Part shown: piece by piece, positions 49,207 to 60,053 of the stretch
Numbering within the stretch: position 1 is the first letter of the stretch
Layout: every line of letters begins with the position of its first letter
From: Candidatus Bathyarchaeota archaeon
GTDB taxonomy: Archaea > Thermoproteota > Bathyarchaeia > Bathyarchaeales > Bathycorpusculaceae
NCBI GenBank assembly: GCA_963826715.1
Contig: CAWGYA010000008.1
Location: forward strand, 512,001 to 576,000
Length of the DNA: 64,000 bases
Direction of reading: 5' to 3'
Position numbers and translations under genes: made by a program
The notes under the pieces: model-generated
The model's input: only the letters and a program-made list of their open reading frames with translations
What the model was told of the DNA's origin: nothing
Databases searched by the model: none

Positions 49207-49395
49207 CTCGATGCTTATTACTTTTTTCTAGGACAGTATATACGGGGGAACCCTGTAAACAACAGTCGCCACGGGCTTATAACAAAGTTAATTTTCTTTG
49301 CTTCAGACGACAAATTGGGTTGCAGAATAATTGCTGACAACCTCACGATCGCTTAATCTAGTTTTTTAACCTTGACTGGACATAGAGGCAAGTAT

Positions 49396-50430
49396 ATGAT
49401 TGAAATCGACGGAAGCCAAAAAAGTGGAAGCGGAACCATACTACGCTTAGCCATAGCATTATCCGCAATCAAGGGACAACCACTACACATAACCAACATC
49501 CGACAGAACCGACCCCACCCGGGACTTAAGCATCAACATCTGGAGGCTGTTATAACGGCGGCTAAGCTTTGCAATGCAGAATTAAAAGGTGCCACTTTGG
49601 GTTCACGAGAACTTTATTTTTCACCACATGAGATAGAAGGCGGCAAAATCGAGGCGGTCATCGAAACTGCTGGAAGTATCCCCATGCTTCTAATGGCAAC
49701 GCTCCCAATTTGTCTATTCGCAAAAGCGCCGGTAAGGATACATATAGCAAAAGGCGGAACCGACACCATACACGCACCCACTATTAACTACTTGCGAAAC
49801 GTGCTTCTGCCAACCATTGCAAAAATGGGTGTAGAAGCAGAAATCATCGTTCAAAAATACGGCTACTACCCAAAAGGCATGGGTGAAGCAACCCTAACTG
49901 TTAAGCCCACTTCTATCTTGAAACCCATAGTTCTTGAAAGCTTCGGCAGACTCAGGTACATAAGGGGAGTTTCCATCTGTACTTTTCTGTCTGACCGACA
50001 AGTGGCTGAGAGACAAGCCAAAGCAGCATATAATTTTTTGGCTCAAAATGGTTTCAAAGCCGAAATCCAAGTCATAAACGACAAATCAAACCCAATCCAA
50101 AAAGGCAGCACCATAGTACTTTGGGCAGAAACCGACACCTCACTTGTCATAGGTTCCGATTCCATTGGGCAACTGAGAAAAATGTCGGAGAATGTTGGAA
50201 AAGAAGCCGCCCAAGCCCTTGTCAATGAACTCCGGGCTGAAGCAACTGTCGATGTATTCCTCTCGGATATGCTCATTCCCTACATTGCCCTTTGCGAGGG
50301 CAAATCAGCCTTCCTAACCCGAACAATAAGCGAACACACTGAATCCAACATTTGGCTGGTGGAGAAAATGTTAAACGTTAAATTCAATATCAGCAAAGTA
50401 AACAATCTCTATCAGATAGAAAAAAGCTGA
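49396..50430 (+). CDS. rtcA: RNA 3'-terminal phosphate cyclase
   Basis: IDGS..SGSG.ILR, PGLKHQH, GGTD, GYYPKG.G and H..SN motifs. Confidence 0.9.
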   Translation: MIEIDGSQKSGSGTILRLAIALSAIKGQPLHITNIRQNRPHPGLKHQHLEAVITAAKLCNAELKGATLGSRELYFSPHEIEGGKIEAVIETAGSIPMLLMATLPICLFAKAPVRIHIAKGGTDTIHAPTINYLRNVLLPTIAKMGVEAEIIVQKYGYYPKGMGEATLTVKPTSILKPIVLESFGRLRYIRGVSICTFLSDRQVAERQAKAAYNFLAQNGFKAEIQVINDKSNPIQKGSTIVLWAETDTSLVIGSDSIGQLRKMSENVGKEAAQALVNELRAEATVDVFLSDMLIPYIALCEGKSAFLTRTISEHTESNIWLVEKMLNVKFNISKVNNLYQIEKS

Positions 50431-50436
50431 AAACTC

Positions 50437-51507
50437 ATGCCTAGACCATCTATTTGCATCAAGATCTCTAAATATCAGGGTGAAAAAACCATAACCTTAG
50501 CGACGAAATTGGGGCTAGCTGATAAATCGCTAGTCATCCAGCGGGAAGAAGACAAACTAATCATCCCGCTAGTTAGGGAGCCACAAGGCATCGAATTAGC
50601 GACCTTAAAAAGTCAGGTACCTACATTTGTATTGAATACCGCAGTCTTCAGCGAAAAGGAACTCCCCCCAGAAACTCTAACCCGAGCACTTCAAGACAAA
50701 CTCCCAGCTGATTTGCTTGCTATTGTTCCTCAAGCATTCGACATTATAGGGGACATAGTTGTAATCGATATTCCACTCAAACTCAAACCTCACAAGAGGT
50801 TAATCGGCGAGGCAATTTTACAAACCCAAAAGAACGTCAGAACAGTTCTTGCCAAAGCTGGTGACATAAGCGGCACTTTTCGTATCCGTAATTATGAATT
50901 AATTGCGGGCGAGCAAAAAACCCGGACTATTCACCGCGAATTTGGCTGTACTTACTATGTGGATGTTGCAAAAGCCTATTTTTCGCCTCGCCTTAGTCAC
51001 GAGCATGACCGTGTAGCGTCACTGGTTCAGGAGGGTGAGGTTGTAGCAGATTTTTTTGCGGGAGTTGGTCCGTTCTCAGTGCTTATAGGCAAAAAGTGCC
51101 CTAAGGCGAAGGTTTTCGCTGTAGACCTTAACCCCGACGCGGTGGAGTTGCTCAAGATTAATGTGAGGATTAACAGGGTGGAAAATAGAGTGATACCAGT
51201 TCTCGGGAACGCTAGAGAAATCGCCGCTGGAAAACTCAAAGGATCAGCCGATCGAGTTATAATGAATCTGCCTGAAACTGCCATCGATTTTGTAGATGCT
51301 GCCTGCAACGGAATCAAGCCGATTGGTGGCGTAGTACATTTTTATGGATTCGTGCGTTCACCTGATTCGTTAGAGAACTTGAAGCAGTGCTTCATAGAGG
51401 GAGTGGAGAGCAACGGCAGAAAAATTCAAGCTTTTCTATACGCTAAGAAAATCAGGGAAACTGCACCTTTTGAGTCGCAGATTGTAATAGACGCCAAAAT
51501 TCAGTAA
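50437..51507 (+). CDS. trm5: tRNA (guanine(37)-N1)-methyltransferase Trm5/Tyw2 family
   Basis: FDIIGDI, YFSPRL..E, FAGVGPF and RVIMNLP motifs. Confidence 0.88.
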   Translation: MPRPSICIKISKYQGEKTITLATKLGLADKSLVIQREEDKLIIPLVREPQGIELATLKSQVPTFVLNTAVFSEKELPPETLTRALQDKLPADLLAIVPQAFDIIGDIVVIDIPLKLKPHKRLIGEAILQTQKNVRTVLAKAGDISGTFRIRNYELIAGEQKTRTIHREFGCTYYVDVAKAYFSPRLSHEHDRVASLVQEGEVVADFFAGVGPFSVLIGKKCPKAKVFAVDLNPDAVELLKINVRINRVENRVIPVLGNAREIAAGKLKGSADRVIMNLPETAIDFVDAACNGIKPIGGVVHFYGFVRSPDSLENLKQCFIEGVESNGRKIQAFLYAKKIRETAPFESQIVIDAKIQ

Positions 51508-51529
51508 ACTGCAGGTATTTTGTTATCGT

Positions 51530-51961
51530 TTAGACTTCCACGATTAAAGTTAAGGTGACCTGTTGTTCTGGGTTTTTTAGTTTTTCCACCACTATTTTTG
51601 ATAGGTCACCGGATGATTTGTCAGCTTTTACGGCTAAAGTTCTATCTGAAATAAACTCGCTTTTTCGTATCACCAAATCGTTTGGATGGTTTAGCACCAG
51701 TTCCGGAGAACCAAAAGCGTTTATTTGCCCCGTTAAACCATCCACTTCGAGTTCGATAGTTAATTTAGCGTTTGGTTGCCGCAGAGCATGCTTGAATTCT
51801 GCGCTTAAATCAGCCACTGCTTTGTCCGCATCTACCGCTACAACGCAGTCGCCCCTTTTTGTTACCTGCCGCTCTTTGGTAATCATAATAGTGGTTGGGT
51901 GACTTGACCGAATGTTCGGGTGCCCAAATGCATGAATCACTTCAACTATTTTTTTGGGCAC
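51530..51961 (-). CDS. DUF371 family protein
   Basis: GHPNI...H.TT..ITKE...T.RGDC and VIRKS.F...RT..V.ADK motifs. Confidence 0.85.
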   Translation of the reverse strand: MPKKIVEVIHAFGHPNIRSSHPTTIMITKERQVTKRGDCVVAVDADKAVADLSAEFKHALRQPNAKLTIELEVDGLTGQINAFGSPELVLNHPNDLVIRKSEFISDRTLAVKADKSSGDLSKIVVEKLKNPEQQVTLTLIVEV

Positions 51962-52921
51962 TCACTCGCGCACCTCGACTGAATCAACTTTGCCATCGCC
52001 ATCCAAATCAAAACCACTAATAACAACTGCAAATGTATCTTCACCCTTATATTTCTCAAGGGTTTTCTTCCAAAAATTAGTCAAAGCTAGCACGCATGCC
52101 TTGGTCCCAACCGCCTTGTTACCCGCCAAAACAACGATTCGCTTTGAGCTATCCCACGGATTCACAATTTTCGCGACTACACCTGACATGTCAGAGGTAT
52201 AGATTTGACCCGTCTTTTTCGATGATAAGCCGCCCAATAAGAAGCCCTGAGGAGAGGACTGCATGATAAATTTGATGGGTAAATACTCGTTAATTTCCTG
52301 GGTTAAAAGGTTTGTTCCAGGACCACCAACCAAAATGAGATTGTTTTTTTCTTCCTTCTCAGCTTTCACATCAACGTCGAGCTTCACAACAAATTCTGTT
52401 GGCATCTTGGCGAATTGCCCCAAAAAGAGAGTTAAATGCGCCGCATAATGTCCATCGCGAGCGCTAGTTTTAAAGGGACCATGCGGTTGTGGACTCCCCA
52501 CCACGATTTTCCCATCAAATGTACCTTCCCTTATAAATTCCTTGAAGATTTTCTGCAGTTGATCGTTTAAACCCAGCATACAGAGGTTCTGTATAGGTTT
52601 ATAGCCATGAAGAAATTCTATGCCAAAAGCTGGCGAGACGGTTCTGTAGTATTTTGCTATAGCACCTTTCTTTTTCTCTTCGCGCACTACAATTATGGCA
52701 CCTGCTTTAGCGAGTTTTCTCACATGGTAGTACACTTTTTGTTCATGAGTACATAACAACTTGGCTATTTCTATGGGGTACATTTCTTTTTGGACGAGAA
52801 GCGTTAGAATTTTCCAGCTGAGGCTACCTAAGATGGTTTTTAGTTGAGAATTGGTTAACATACTGATTTCTTTGACTTGTTGGATATTACCGTCGTCTTG
52901 GAGGAGATATTTTTTGTCCAT
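51962..52921 (-). CDS. ArsR-like HTH regulator fused to an S-layer-like domain with a C-terminal DxDxDG loop
   Basis: N-terminal wHTH (EIAK...EQKVYYH..KL..AG), then NLILVGGPGTN, NPW, LAG....GT and DLDGDGKVD. Confidence 0.75.
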   Translation of the reverse strand: MDKKYLLQDDGNIQQVKEISMLTNSQLKTILGSLSWKILTLLVQKEMYPIEIAKLLCTHEQKVYYHVRKLAKAGAIIVVREEKKKGAIAKYYRTVSPAFGIEFLHGYKPIQNLCMLGLNDQLQKIFKEFIREGTFDGKIVVGSPQPHGPFKTSARDGHYAAHLTLFLGQFAKMPTEFVVKLDVDVKAEKEEKNNLILVGGPGTNLLTQEINEYLPIKFIMQSSPQGFLLGGLSSKKTGQIYTSDMSGVVAKIVNPWDSSKRIVVLAGNKAVGTKACVLALTNFWKKTLEKYKGEDTFAVVISGFDLDGDGKVDSVEVRE

Positions 52922-53039
52922 AAGCGTTCATCACATTAACGTCGCTGGAACTATAAAAAATTTATTTATAACGGTCAAAAAATTAGAAAACACTATATCG
53001 GTAAGCGCCCTGGTTCTTATGGAATAAACAATAAAACAC

Positions 53040-53057
53040 CTAAAAAAAATTTTTTAG
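53040..53057. promoter_or_regulatory. Palindrome CTAAAAAA-AA-TTTTTTAG upstream of glmS, with a near copy at 52951-52968
   Basis: Perfect 8-bp arms; the two copies match at 14 of the first 16 positions. Confidence 0.45.
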
Positions 53058-53147
53058 TAGTATAACCTTAATGTTAAAAATCCTTATAACGAAACTCAGT
53101 CCTTCCATAATCAATAGCATATATCGTGACTGAAGGTTTAGAACAGA

Positions 53148-54980
53148 ATGTGTGGAATATTTGGTTGTGTTTTGAAAGAAGAAGACAATGCCGCCCCCCT
53201 AATTCATTCTTCTCTTAAACATCTCGAATACCGCGGCTACGACTCGGTCGGCATCGCCACCATAAGCTGCGGCAAGATCTTCATGAAAAAAGACCAAGGC
53301 AAAATCGATGAGGTCCACAAAATCCTAAACCTTGACGACTTACCAGGCAGCATAGGCATTGGGCACACCCGCTGGGCAACTCATGGGGCTCCCCTGAAAG
53401 TCAACAGTCACCCCCACATGGACTGCACGGGCGAAATTTCTGTCGTCCATAACGGAATCATCGAAAACTTCATCGAACTCAAAGCAGAACTGCAAAACCT
53501 CGGTCACATATTCGTCTCCAAAACCGACACCGAAGTAATGGCTCACCTCATCGAGGAAACCCAAAAACAAAATCCCAAACTCACCCTTCAACAGGCTGTT
53601 CTGGAAAGTCTAAAACGCATTGAAGGTTCTTACGCGTTTGCTATTCTGTCCACACGCGAACCAGACAAGATAATCTGTGCCCGAAACGAAAGCCCTCTGG
53701 TTCTGGGTATAAACCACAAGGGAGTTTTCTGCGCCTCAGACATCCCCGCGTTTTTAGCCGTCACAAACAAAGCCGTGATGATAAACAACGGTGAACTCGT
53801 CATCTTAACTAAAAAAGGCTATGAAATAAAGAAAATCCCCGATGGCAGCTCAATCACCCGAGAACCCATCACTATCGAATGGACTGCAGAGATGGCGGTT
53901 AAGCAAGGATATCCACATTTTATGATTAAAGAAATCCATGAACAACCCGAAACGCTACGCAATACGCTACGTATACAGGACCATTATTTAGATTTGCTGT
54001 CAACTTTCCTCGACCGCGCCAACGAAGTATTTCTTGTAGCATGCGGAACTAGCTACCATGCTTGCCTCGCAGCATCCTACATGTTTTCTAAACTCGCTTT
54101 TCTACCCACCTACCCTGTATATGCATCCGAGTTTCTGGAACAACATGGCAAATCCGTCAACATAGATAGCACCATCCTAGCCGTGAGCCAATCCGGTGAA
54201 ACGGCAGACACAATAGGCGCAGTTACATGTGCGCAACAACGGGCGGCAACAGTACTGAGCTTAACCAACGTTATAGGCTCCACTTTGACCCGAATTTCGC
54301 GTGTCTATATTGGCACGCAAGCCGGACCGGAAATTGGAGTTGCAGCCACTAAGACATTTACTTCTCAACTGTCAGTTTTAGCCCAACTAGCATTAAAGCT
54401 GGCAAAAAAAAGAGGCAAGGTTTCACAGGATGAAATTGACAGCCTTGAAGAAAACTTGCAGAAACTACCGGACATAACGAATATTATAGTTAACACACAG
54501 GAAGAGAAGATTAAGCAAATCGCTAAAAAATACGTTGATTCCAAAGTATTCTTCTTTTTAGGCAGAGGGATCAGCACCGCCACCGCCTTTGAAGGCAGAC
54601 TTAAACTAATGGAAATTGCATATATCCCCTCCATCGCGTTCCCCGCTGGCGAGAGCAAACATGGCCCAATCAGCCTCATCGAAGAAGGCTTTCCAGTAGT
54701 GTTTGTGTGCCCAAAAGACGACACCCACCGAACCATCATCGGCAACATCATGGAAATGAAAGCCAGAGGCGCCTATATCATCGCTTTAATTGAAGAAGGC
54801 GACAAGGATATCCAAGAACTAGCCGACGATTTCATCGAGGTACCCAAGGGCATTCCCTCAGTGCTTACGCCGATTCCCTACGCAGTGCCGCTTCAGCTAC
54901 TAGCTTATTATACGGCATTGGAGAAAGGCTTCAACCCAGATATGCCTCGGAACCTGGCGAAATCTGTTACAGTCAAGTAA
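53148..54980 (+). CDS. glmS: Glutamine--fructose-6-phosphate aminotransferase
   Basis: MCGI, LEYRGYDS, HTRWATHG, SQSGET and PRNLAKSVTV motifs. Confidence 0.97.
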   Translation: MCGIFGCVLKEEDNAAPLIHSSLKHLEYRGYDSVGIATISCGKIFMKKDQGKIDEVHKILNLDDLPGSIGIGHTRWATHGAPLKVNSHPHMDCTGEISVVHNGIIENFIELKAELQNLGHIFVSKTDTEVMAHLIEETQKQNPKLTLQQAVLESLKRIEGSYAFAILSTREPDKIICARNESPLVLGINHKGVFCASDIPAFLAVTNKAVMINNGELVILTKKGYEIKKIPDGSSITREPITIEWTAEMAVKQGYPHFMIKEIHEQPETLRNTLRIQDHYLDLLSTFLDRANEVFLVACGTSYHACLAASYMFSKLAFLPTYPVYASEFLEQHGKSVNIDSTILAVSQSGETADTIGAVTCAQQRAATVLSLTNVIGSTLTRISRVYIGTQAGPEIGVAATKTFTSQLSVLAQLALKLAKKRGKVSQDEIDSLEENLQKLPDITNIIVNTQEEKIKQIAKKYVDSKVFFFLGRGISTATAFEGRLKLMEIAYIPSIAFPAGESKHGPISLIEEGFPVVFVCPKDDTHRTIIGNIMEMKARGAYIIALIEEGDKDIQELADDFIEVPKGIPSVLTPIPYAVPLQLLAYYTALEKGFNPDMPRNLAKSVTVK

Positions 54981-55157
54981 CCTCTAAATCCCATTTTCCG
55001 ATAACATTCATAGGCGGCGGAAAAGATGAGTGATATCTTATTGCGTGATATACTCCTTAAACAGTTCTAAAGAATACTACACACCTGCAACTAATGAGAA
55101 CCACCCACGTGGAAAAAGATGTACCGTCAAAAAATTCATCCACACAGATAAACAGAT

Positions 55158-56186
55158 TTAGCCGAACCACTTTTCCAATGAGACCTTGCCCTTCTGCTTC
55201 TTGCTACCCGCAGTCATCCTCTCCACTGATTTTTTGATGCGTTCCTCACCAAACTCCTTCTCAATCGACATAAACTCAATGAGACCTTTCTCGTTTGGTT
55301 CCTTCCATTCAAGGGTATAGACATCTGTAACTTTAGGACTTAAGAACTCTTCACGGATAAGTTTTGGCTCGCACGGAAAAGAAGCCTTTTTAATGAACGG
55401 CAATGCGTTTTCTATGGTGCCATGTTGGCGAATTAGTTTTAGAGCAGTTTTGGGTCCGATGCCTTCTATGCCATCGGGGTTAAAGTCTGTTCCAATTAGG
55501 ATACCCACATCAATGAATTGCTCATAACTTAAGTTACATTCGTTGAGAACCTTTCTTAACTCAATAACTTCAGGCAACACCTCGATAAAGGTCTTTCCAC
55601 GGCGTCGCCGCCCGGAGATAGTAACGTTGCGAAGAAGTTTTGGCGCTCCGAAAAGTAAGCTGTCGTAGTCTTGACTAGCACAAAAGTCGGCGTCGCCTTT
55701 CCTGTTCATGTATGCCGCCTGCGCTTCGCCTTCGCTGGGCGCCTGAATCCAAGGCAGCCCCAGCAAATCTAGGAGTTTTTTGCAGTCAGGCACCATATAG
55801 GGCTTCATTGTGGTTGCGATGGAAGCATACATGCGCATTTTCTCTCTATCACCGCTCGCCTGCGCCTTACCATATTGGACTGTTGCTTGGGCCTTGATTT
55901 GGTGACGTCGCTCAACCTCTTGAGCTTTCAATTCGGGGGACTTGCCGTCAAAAACATAGATAGGTTTCAACCCGAGCTCAACAAGGTTGGTGTTACGGTA
56001 GAATAGACCGCTAAGGTGACTGGTGACGTCGCCTTTGCTGTTTTTCAGCGGGGTACCATCAGGTTGGCGGATGATACTGAGGAACTGGTAGATGGTGTTG
56101 TATGCATCTATAGCTATAATTTTGCCGCCGAGGTCTTCAAGTTTAACGGGGTTTTTAGGGATGAGATCTTTGAAGTTTACACCCAA
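55158..56186 (-). CDS. fen: Flap endonuclease 1
   Basis: IDAYN..YQF, APSEGEAQAA, SQDYD, GTDFN and PIP-like VSLEKWF motifs. Confidence 0.97.
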   Translation of the reverse strand: MGVNFKDLIPKNPVKLEDLGGKIIAIDAYNTIYQFLSIIRQPDGTPLKNSKGDVTSHLSGLFYRNTNLVELGLKPIYVFDGKSPELKAQEVERRHQIKAQATVQYGKAQASGDREKMRMYASIATTMKPYMVPDCKKLLDLLGLPWIQAPSEGEAQAAYMNRKGDADFCASQDYDSLLFGAPKLLRNVTISGRRRRGKTFIEVLPEVIELRKVLNECNLSYEQFIDVGILIGTDFNPDGIEGIGPKTALKLIRQHGTIENALPFIKKASFPCEPKLIREEFLSPKVTDVYTLEWKEPNEKGLIEFMSIEKEFGEERIKKSVERMTAGSKKQKGKVSLEKWFG

Positions 56187-56641
56187 GATACTACCACATA
56201 TATGATTAGGTAAAAAAGAAGTTAAAGAGGATTACGAAAATGCCCGACTTACTTGTGCTGCACACTTTTTTTGATGACTCCTAAAGTCTTACGCAAACTC
56301 AACACTCACCCACAACCACAACCTGACACATTTTGCATATGAACCATGTTGGAAGTGGGAGAAAAACGCAGACCCCACAACCCAACAGACCATGAAAAAG
56401 ATTGTAACTACAAAAAGAAGCTTCCTGCAAACGCATTTTTGTGAAAAATTTAGAAGCGCCACAACCACACAAAGACAAAAAAGCAATTGACACTTGTTTG
56501 AGAAGATTCCCCCTCAATAAACAGCAAAAAAGTCTCTATTCGCATCCTCAGCGTTTTTTTCAAAACCGCAATTTTATGCCCGCCCGCTGGACTATTATTT
56601 CCTCGAGAGAAGTGCAGCTCACTTCCAAATCGAAAAGAACA

Positions 56642-56989
56642 TCACTCATCAGAGGGAATATAGTTTTTCGCTAAATCTCTTCGCCGGTTAAGTTGCTCAA
56701 TTAACACTTCACGTATCATGTCACACGCTTGGCTGATTTTTGGGCTTGCAACTCGATAGTAGATGTTTGAGCCTTCCTTTCGGGTTTTGACGAGTTCCCG
56801 CTGCCTCAGTATGGATAAATGTTGTGAAATATTCGATTGGCTGGCACCAATGATTTCAACAAGTGCATTAACGGTTTTTTCGCCGGTCTTTAGGTAGTGA
56901 AGAATTGCTACTCTTATGGGGTGAGCAATGGTTTTTGAGACCTGTGCTTGCATCTCATAGATTGTCATATCTAAGGGTTTTTCCGACAT
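56642..56989 (-). CDS. ArsR/SmtB-family transcriptional regulator
   Basis: AHPIR..IL, SQSNISQHL..LR and RKEG..IYY motifs. Confidence 0.92.
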   Translation of the reverse strand: MSEKPLDMTIYEMQAQVSKTIAHPIRVAILHYLKTGEKTVNALVEIIGASQSNISQHLSILRQRELVKTRKEGSNIYYRVASPKISQACDMIREVLIEQLNRRRDLAKNYIPSDE

Positions 56990-57200
56990 CAAATTGCACC
57001 CTGAATTCGAATATCCTAACACTTTTTTCGCCTATTAAATTTGTATGTAAACACAAACAAAAATGGGAAAAAAGCCCTTTTGCTCTGGATATCTCCCAGT
57101 CAAAACCAACGCCACAACCCAAAGCGGTTAGAAAGTATACAGATTAAGAAAAAATGCAGTAGAGGCGCTACCGCTCTGCCTGCACATAAAAAAAGAAAAG

Positions 57201-57434
57201 CTACTGAACAAGTTCGATTCTACGTTTACCCCGGGCCATTGAAGAAGTGCGGATTTTGCCGCTGACTTCGAGATTAAGCAGCAACCCATTAAAGTCCTTA
57301 AACCCTAAATCTTCATATTCGTGTTTAAGCTGCTCGTATAGGTCATCATCTGTCATGTCGCCTTTCTTCTGCAAAATTTCCAACATGTAGAAGTAAGCAG
57401 GGCGTGTTTTCCAAGTTTTCATTTGCGGCATCAA
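57201..57434 (-). CDS. Small winged-helix protein downstream of cdc48
   Basis: EILQKKG.MTD.DLY...FN..LL.LEV.G.I winged-helix pattern; 12 nt from the cdc48 stop. Confidence 0.75.
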   Translation of the reverse strand: MMPQMKTWKTRPAYFYMLEILQKKGDMTDDDLYEQLKHEYEDLGFKDFNGLLLNLEVSGKIRTSSMARGKRRIELVQ

Positions 57435-57446
57435 GTATTCCTTCTA

Positions 57447-59618
57447 TTATGCAACTGGGGTTTGTGGCTTTTGTACTTGTCGGATTTGCTGCATGAAACT
57501 CTTGTACCACTTTTCCATATCTGGAGTTATTGAAGGACCCATCTCTTTGAGGGCATCTTGGAAATCTTTCATTGTAACTTCAACGGCGTTCACGTCTCGA
57601 CGCAACGAATGCATCGCAGCCTCACGACATAATGATTCTATGTCAGCGCCAGAATAGTATTTTGTCATAGTCGCCAGCTGGTTAACGTCAACGTCCTTGG
57701 TAATGGGCATACCCTTCGTATAGAGCTTTAAGATCTGAATTCGGCTTTTGTCGTCGGGCTCCGGCACATAGATCAAACGATCAAAGCGTCCAGGTCGAAT
57801 GACAGCTGAATCAACCATGTCAGGTCTGTTGGTTGCCGCGATAACAACGATATCCTGTAAACTAGTTAGCCCATCCATTTCGGTCAGCAGCTGACTAATC
57901 ACGCGTTCTGAAACACCACTATCAGACATACCCATGCCACGACGGGGTGTTAAGGAATCGATTTCGTCCAGAAATATCACTGCAGGTGCTGCCATGCGCG
58001 CTTTTCGGAAGACTTCACGGATGGCTTTTTCGGATTCACCGACCCACTTACTGAAAACCTCGGGACCCTTAATCGAGATAAAATTTGCTTCGCTTTCCGT
58101 TGCGACGGCACGCGCCAACAACGTTTTTCCACAACCAGGTGGACCGTACATCAAAATACCCCTGGGTGGCCGAATACCTAATCGGGTGAACATTTCAGGG
58201 TTCTTGAGAGGCCACTCAACGGCTTCTTTAAGATGCTGTTTGACATCGTCTAGACCGCCTGCATCATCCCAATGGACTGTAGATACCTCGATATAGACCT
58301 CACGCATAGCGGTTGGTGTGACTTCTTTATAGGCTCCTAAGAAATCATCCATCGTGACTTCCATCTTTTCCAATACCGCAGGTGGGATGCGTTCTTCTTC
58401 AAGGTTGATCTGCGGCAGATACCTCCGCAGTGCTTTCATTGCAGTTTCTCTACCCAAGGCGGAGAGATCGGCACCTGTATAGCCATGGGTCATACCTGAC
58501 AGCTTGTTGAGATCAACATCTTCTGAAAGCGGCATACCTCTTGTGTGTATCTGGAGAACTTCGTGACGTCCTTGCTTATCGGGAACACTAATTTCGATTT
58601 CACGGTCGAATCTTCCGGGTCTGCGCAATGCAGGGTCAAGAGCTCCGGGGCGGTTGGTTGCACCTATAACAATTACGTTTCCTCGTCCAGATAAGCCATC
58701 CATAAGGGCGAGAAGTTGAGCAACTACTCGTCTCTCGACCTCACCGGTAACCTCTTCTCTTTTAGGAGCGATGGCATCGAGCTCGTCAACGAAAATAATG
58801 CTTGGAGAGTTTTGTTGGGCTTGCTGGAAGATTTCGCGAAGACGAGCTTCTGATTCACCATAGAATTTGCTCATGATTTCGGGACCGTTGATACTGTAGA
58901 AGTTAGCTTCTGATTCGTTAGCAACTGCGCGTGCTAGTAATGTTTTGCCGCATCCTGGAGGACCATGCAATAGCACTCCTTTGGGCGGTTCGATGCCAAG
59001 GCGCTGGAAAAGTTCGGGGTGACGCAGAGGAAGTTCCACCATTTCTCGAACGCGTTGGATTTCTTCGTGTAATCCCCCAATGTCCTCATAGTTTGTTCGG
59101 GGCAACCCTTTGCCCTCAGGAGCTGGTTCGTTAAGGATAGTTAGGCGAGTTTCGGTTGTTACTTTGATAATGCCATGAGGTCGAGTTTTGGAGACTGTAA
59201 AGGGAATGGCGTGTCCCAACATCATGACCAATGTTGTGTCGCCTTCTACTAGTGTGCGTTCCATGAGACGGTTTTTAACAAAGTTTGTAAAATCCTCATC
59301 TACATTTAGGCGCATATCCACTGGCGCCAGCGTCAACGACAGCGCTGTTTTAACTTTTGCTGGACGAACCACGACGTATTCGTTAATGGCTACGCCGCTG
59401 TTCTTACGGGTGAAGCCGTCAATGCGTATTATATCACGATTTTGATCTTCACTGTAGGCTGGCCAAGCAATAGCACTTGTAGTGCGTTTGTTAACAATTT
59501 CAATTACATCTCCAGCGCTAATGCCAAGTTTCTGCATCGTACGTTGGTCGATACGGGCAATTCCCCTGCCAACATCTCTTTGGCGTGCGTCTCCGACGCG
59601 CAATTGAACTTCACTCAT
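57447..59618 (-). CDS. cdc48: AAA+ ATPase CDC48/VAT
   Basis: N domain plus two AAA modules (GPPGCGKT twice; DELD and DEID). Confidence 0.97.
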   Translation of the reverse strand: MSEVQLRVGDARQRDVGRGIARIDQRTMQKLGISAGDVIEIVNKRTTSAIAWPAYSEDQNRDIIRIDGFTRKNSGVAINEYVVVRPAKVKTALSLTLAPVDMRLNVDEDFTNFVKNRLMERTLVEGDTTLVMMLGHAIPFTVSKTRPHGIIKVTTETRLTILNEPAPEGKGLPRTNYEDIGGLHEEIQRVREMVELPLRHPELFQRLGIEPPKGVLLHGPPGCGKTLLARAVANESEANFYSINGPEIMSKFYGESEARLREIFQQAQQNSPSIIFVDELDAIAPKREEVTGEVERRVVAQLLALMDGLSGRGNVIVIGATNRPGALDPALRRPGRFDREIEISVPDKQGRHEVLQIHTRGMPLSEDVDLNKLSGMTHGYTGADLSALGRETAMKALRRYLPQINLEEERIPPAVLEKMEVTMDDFLGAYKEVTPTAMREVYIEVSTVHWDDAGGLDDVKQHLKEAVEWPLKNPEMFTRLGIRPPRGILMYGPPGCGKTLLARAVATESEANFISIKGPEVFSKWVGESEKAIREVFRKARMAAPAVIFLDEIDSLTPRRGMGMSDSGVSERVISQLLTEMDGLTSLQDIVVIAATNRPDMVDSAVIRPGRFDRLIYVPEPDDKSRIQILKLYTKGMPITKDVDVNQLATMTKYYSGADIESLCREAAMHSLRRDVNAVEVTMKDFQDALKEMGPSITPDMEKWYKSFMQQIRQVQKPQTPVA

Positions 59619-59758
59619 TCAGAATTTCTCTCCAAATAACTTGTGTCCTTAGACGTGTGGTTGAAAATAGATTGTTATATATAAACTTTAAAGCGTAGCC
59701 ATCAAAACATTCAGTCATTGCTTAAAGAATAATTGAGGGATTTCTGGATAAAACCAGT

Positions 59759-60037
59759 TTAATCTCGGCTAGTTCTGCGGATGTTGAAACTTTGTGCTTG
59801 GCTTACACTAGGAATTTTGCTTAGCGCAGTTTCAAATTCGTCAACGATCCCCATTTTGTCTTCAGGGAATCGCACCTGAACAAGCAGAGCTTTGAGTCCA
59901 AAGGCTACATCTTCGGTGCCCCAGCCCTCAATTGAGCTGTGTTCTGGAAGAATGGCTTTGATTTTCTCTTTGAGAGGCTCAAAATCTTCAACGATGTCTT
60001 CGGGAAAGACCTTGTAGACTACAAGAATAGCGCCCAT
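59759..60037 (-). CDS. ef1b: Translation elongation factor aEF-1beta
   Basis: MGAILV.YKVFPED...EDVAFGLKAL; real start at 60037. Confidence 0.9.
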   Translation of the reverse strand: MGAILVVYKVFPEDIVEDFEPLKEKIKAILPEHSSIEGWGTEDVAFGLKALLVQVRFPEDKMGIVDEFETALSKIPSVSQAQSFNIRRTSRD

Positions 60038-60053
60038 ATGTGTTTTCTCCGGC

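Noticed and set aside
52922-53147. glmS ribozyme
   Set aside because: The leader is AT-rich and I could not build the conserved ribozyme core or its pseudoknots.
56280-56520. CRISPR-like array
   Set aside because: The shared motif is only 8 bp, spacing is irregular and there are no cas genes.
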